Of a stretch of 64,000 bases of DNA, positions 59,701-64,000 are shown one piece after another (within the stretch, counting starts at the first letter, position 1; each line of letters begins with the position of its first letter). The notes below the pieces were generated by a model that did no database searches, had not been told where the DNA came from, and saw only the letters and a list, made by a program, of their open reading frames with translations. The DNA is taken from NCBI GenBank assembly GCA_051362555.1, contig CM120641.1:20956001-21020000 (forward strand). Direction: 5' to 3'. The translations under genes and the position numbers were made by a program. Source of the DNA: Lingula anatina. Its lineage: Eukaryota; Animalia; Brachiopoda.

Positions 59701-62700
59701 TTAATTCATACAAAAACGCAGATGGCACACTGATTACTAACTTTCAGTTTGCAAATTATTTCTCTTCGCATTTTACATTCAGTCATATCAATCAAAGTAA
59801 AAAATAATAAAATAAAAAAGCACAAAAATGGATTTCTTTATCATGTCTCCAGTATATTCTAAAAGATTTTGAAACAAAATTGTTCTGTTCTGTCTATATA
59901 CAAATATTTCTTTTTCAAAGCCTTCTGCTCTGATGTAAATTTCACTACACACTTCAACCACATTAACTGATACACTTTTTCACTATTTCTAAATACATAA
60001 CTCAGAAACCCAACTCACCCTGGCTACATTGACATACTTCTGTATCACATGCCCCCTCTGTTCTGGAGTGGTTTTACTGAGAACCATACATTGAACCCAT
60101 TGAGATAACCCATTGAAGAGAGCAATAGACCTCTCTAGCTTTGGATTGTCTTTCAGAGACGCCTGGACTGCATAGTTTTTAAAATCTGTGAACTGAAAAT
60201 AACCAGTTAGCACATTCAATTTTCAGTTTTGATTGAATTATTTCATCTGAGCAACAGTTTTTTATTCATAATTTTTTATTCATGGATATTTGAGATTTGC
60301 CAATCTAAGGCACATGTAAACATGGCTTTGCAATTTATCATTTCTTCCATGAACCTTAAATTCCATTACTTATCAATCTCTGATACTTACTCCAAAGATT
60401 AGCATTTAAAAGTAGGTATAGCTGAGCATAAAATAAAAAGAATATGCTGACTTAAATTGATAAATAACCCAAATCACATGGTACTTAATAGTACCAATAA
60501 GTACCATTGAAGGAGAACAAAAAGGAAAGACTAATAAATAAATAAAAGATAAAGCTATGAACCAGGGAAATCAGCAACTTACTGTGATTCTTCTAAATGC
60601 TTTATATTCTAAGAAAGTCAACTGCTCGGCTAATTCATTGGGCTGGAGGTGTTGGAAAACGAGAGAGACTTTTCTGGAATGTGAGCGCGTGCTGGGGTTT
60701 CGCACAGAGATAATTCTCATCCAGTCATAGGATGGCCTGATAAAAAATATAAATAAAAAAATCAGAATTAACATCTAGTGAGAACTCCCAACGTGGTCAT
60801 AGTAAGTGTGTTTGTAGGTGCATGCTTATATGTGTGCATGTGGTATGTATCCAATGAAAGTTTCTGTAGGTGAAAGTGACCTGCATATTTGGATATAACA
60901 ATAGAAATACAATTTAAAATAGGAATATTTGCAATCATTAGGTATGTTCATGTATATCACAATATACATATATTATGTATTGCATCAGTCCCTTTTTATA
61001 ACTTAGAATATTTGCAGTCATCCAATGTCTCATATACCATTGTTCAAGTGCATTTCTGGGGCCAGTTTCACAAAAGAACTTTCGCCTAGCTGAAAATTGC
61101 TCTGAACTTTTAGTCCTAAAATTTGTTCCACTTCATTTCAGACTAAATTTATAGTGGTTAACAAATATAGAGTAAGTCATATATTTCTTCTTATAAAAGG
61201 ATCTAATGTTTATTAATTGGGGTACTAATAATTACCTTGGCTCAAAATAGACTAAAATTTTACTCAAAAAGTTAAGACTTTTAAAAGTTCTTGCCTAAGG
61301 TTAAATTAAGCTCTTGTGTGGAATGGGCTCCTGGACAATCTTGTCATCATGACCTAACCCCACAACTACTTACACTTTTGATATGTCAACTAATGCTTTT
61401 AACTTATTGTTTCCTTCTGCCTGTATAACCTTTTCAAAGTTGTGGACCACTGCTGCGAGCTTGGTGTCCCCCCTGGGATCAAAGTGGACTGGAAAATTAT
61501 TGATCCAATACCTGAAAAGGTCAACATAGGAATCATTTTTCAATATTCACAATGGTTCATATTGAGAAGTTAATCATTTTCTTAAATGGAATAAAATGAA
61601 AAAAGAGCCTTCAAAGTGTAGATTAGATCTACATGGCCTCATAGTAGTCAGTGATTGCTTACATTCACTTACGTACATACTTATTTAAGTACTTAGTTTG
61701 TACTAACTAACTTTACATTTTTGACCTTACAAGCACAGACTTTAACTAAATGATGTTCAGTGAACCTAAACTTAAGATGCACACGGACTACACGTGTGTG
61801 TGCATGTGTGTTCATATGCATGCCTACCTGACAGCATGGCATACCCTGGCCTTGAACTGATTCCGTCGGCACTTATTTCCCTCGGAACTCGTGTGCTGAC
61901 ATGTCTGCTCACATATCACATAGCTATCACAGCTCTGATAAGTGTTAACAGTTAAGGAAAACATGTTTTTTGTTAACACAGGCAACTCTTATTGGAGTTA
62001 GAGCAAAAAATGTTTAGAATTTTTTTGGTTAATAGAGGTATATTCAGCAATTTATGTTCAAAAAGCAATCTTTTAAAACTTTTTTTTCACAAATTATTGT
62101 TTTCAAGGTTAAATATTTTGGGTAAACAATTAATTCTTTAATTCTTTTTAGATTCCATTACATACCATCAAGGGTTATCAATTTTTTCTTCAAAGTCATT
62201 AGATCTTTTACGTGTTGTACCATTTTCAATCTTTAATGAGAAATGCGTTCACATTTTTCACACCAAATGCAATTCTCTGCAAAGCATCTTCTTGAATATT
62301 TTTTCCATATGAAACACAATTCAATATATTAAGTCTACTCTTAGATCTTTTCAGTGAACTACTCTTCAGTCGATAGAAATGCACGCCATGGGTGATTAAT
62401 GAAAGCTCATTATCTTTTCTTTGACTGACCCAACCTTCAGTGGGACTATTTCTTCTCACATTATTCCTTTCCTATGCATAATGCATCAATAGTAGATAAC
62501 ACACATCTTGATAAGAAGAAATCTAGAGCAATAACGGACATATTCTTTTAAGTCTGTTCCAATCATAAGGAACAAAACCAAATTATCTAATCAAAGGACT
62601 GCATTTTGCAATCTTCACACATTTGCTGTTGCTTCACAAATCACGAATGTGAAGTAGAATGCAGCTGTCTAGAAAGGAGAAGTAAATGTATTGGAATGCA

Positions 62701-63995
62701 GGCCTTCACACTGATTATGCTACAAAACATTTTTCTTGGGACTTGATTGTATTGATTTCTTTGTAAAGGCTTCTCCATGAACACCTTAAATTGGCTTTCA
62801 ATGGCTATCAGCCATCTACATATATGTTTAGTGCAGTTATCATTACCCAAAGGTTTAATTTTTTTTCGTGGCCAAGCAAATGTTTCAGACCAGAGTTACT
62901 AAAATAATATTAACAACAAAAACCAGCAGCTTAAGTGGTTTGTTTTTGAAAAACAAATACCAACAAAAGAAAAAAAAAACAAATTAAAAAAACTGCTTGG
63001 ATTCTTTCTGAGAACTGAAACAAATACCAGTCATTTCTAATCAAACTGGGAAAGAATTTCTTCCCCAAACACATCCCTTTGGGACCATCATCAGCCAATC
63101 TTTGCTTCTCTTGAACCTCAGTTGTGTGCTAACCTATTACAAGCATGATAAAGGACTTCTGCTTCTGGGAATGCTACTAATGAGAACATTGCTCCATTTC
63201 AGCCCATCAAGACAAAGTTTGTCTAATTTTACTGTATATTCTGAGGTGAATACCAACAACAGCAGTAGTCAGTTACAAACTTTAAAATGACACTGTGCAA
63301 TACAGAAGAATGCCTTTCCTATCCAAAAGCATATACGGGAATTACTTTATCTTTTCAATGGGGAAAGATGTACTGTAATTGGTCAAGATTTCTTAAAATA
63401 AGAACATTCCTATTGAGTGTTAGCTAAAAAAAAATTAAATTAAAAAGCAGGCTACTCTATAGTTCTTTTCTATGCAGTAAAAGCACCTCAAATGCTAAAT
63501 AGAATTTTTTTTAAATTACAAAATTATGTATCTGAAATTTTGGTAATTTTTGCTCATTTGAAAGATCGAGTCATTACCCTAGAGTTTATTTATTTAGTAA
63601 AAATCCAACAGTAATTTGGGGTATGGAGTTATTAAGAGTGGGATTTTATAATCTCTAATAATAACTAGTTCTTAAATTATGCTATCTCTACATGATAATT
63701 TAAGTGAATCAAATTCAGAAATTACTAAGAAGATTTTCATTTCATTAGGGTTTTCAAATATTTTTGCAAACCACAAGAAGCAAATTAAAATTGCTACAAT
63801 TTCCCCTGATTCCTTAATTTTGTGCTTGGTAGCTTCCATCTTCCATTCCTTGTTATTTCACAATATGTCACTTCTAGAATCAAGGATATACTTCTATCAA
63901 CTTCTGAGCTAACTCTTCAGATGAGATGAACCATCTATGCATAAGGAACAGGACTCTGGGGAAGTCTGTACTGTCTATTACTGCGCCATTTTCAT
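50897..63995 (-). CDS. RASGRP: RAS guanyl-releasing protein (RASGRP/CalDAG-GEF family), 5'-partial, spliced
   Basis: Exons on - strand: 63995-63890, 61941-61828, 61511-61374, 60736-60583, 60192-60019, 59461-59345, 58532-58435, 57767-57584, 57064-56984, 56596-56379, 55467-55329, 53646-53610, 52989-52864, 52341-52142, 51067-50897 (TGA). REM ([22 protein letters not shown]), CDC25 ([65 protein letters not shown]-like [15 protein letters not shown]), two EF hands ([26 protein letters not shown]), C1 ([50 protein letters not shown]) and a C-terminal coiled coil. Confidence 0.95.
51603..51661. repeat. (AT)n microsatellite
   Basis: Uninterrupted AT run. Confidence 0.95.
56736..56796. repeat. (CA)n microsatellite
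   Basis: Uninterrupted CA run. Confidence 0.95.
61057..61330. mobile_element. Decayed Harbinger-like MITE
   Basis: GGGGCCAGTTTCACAAAAGAACTT ... AAGCTCTTGTGTGGAATGGGCTC imperfect TIRs. Confidence 0.5.
61942..63889 (-). other. U12-type (minor spliceosome) AT-AC intron in RASGRP
   Basis: On the - strand: donor ATATCCTTG starting at 63889, branch point TTTCCTTAAC (61960-61951), and terminal AC (61943-61942). Splicing gives in-frame ...KLIEV/YQSC... Confidence 0.9.
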
Positions 63996-64000
63996 CTGCA

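Overview
AT-rich, intron-rich animal genomic DNA (a marine invertebrate such as a mollusc is my inference from the repeat families; the sequence does not prove it). Two spliced genes converge. On the + strand, a ZGRF1-like gene (GRF zinc finger plus Upf1/DNA2-like SF1 helicase) runs from before base 1 to a stop at 46000 in about 30 exons. On the - strand, a RASGRP-family Ras GEF (REM, CDC25, 2 EF hands, C1, coiled coil) runs from beyond 64000 to a stop at 50897, and one of its introns is a U12-type AT-AC intron (61942-63889). The ZGRF1 introns hold many transposons. These include six co-oriented copies of a non-autonomous Helentron/HINE carrying ~123-bp tandem arrays with nuclear-receptor-like DR1/ERRE motifs. 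Three unrelated DNA transposons (Academ-like, hAT with 6-bp TSD, Tc1/mariner-like) inserted into the same ~13 bp of that repeat unit. Also present: a 1759-bp tandem duplication that could add two in-frame exons through a transposon-donated acceptor, an inverted pair of 1.9-kb elements around five helicase exons, and an in-frame stop plus a frameshift in one large ZGRF1 exon. Exon boundaries were read by hand and most short ORFs in the track are spurious.
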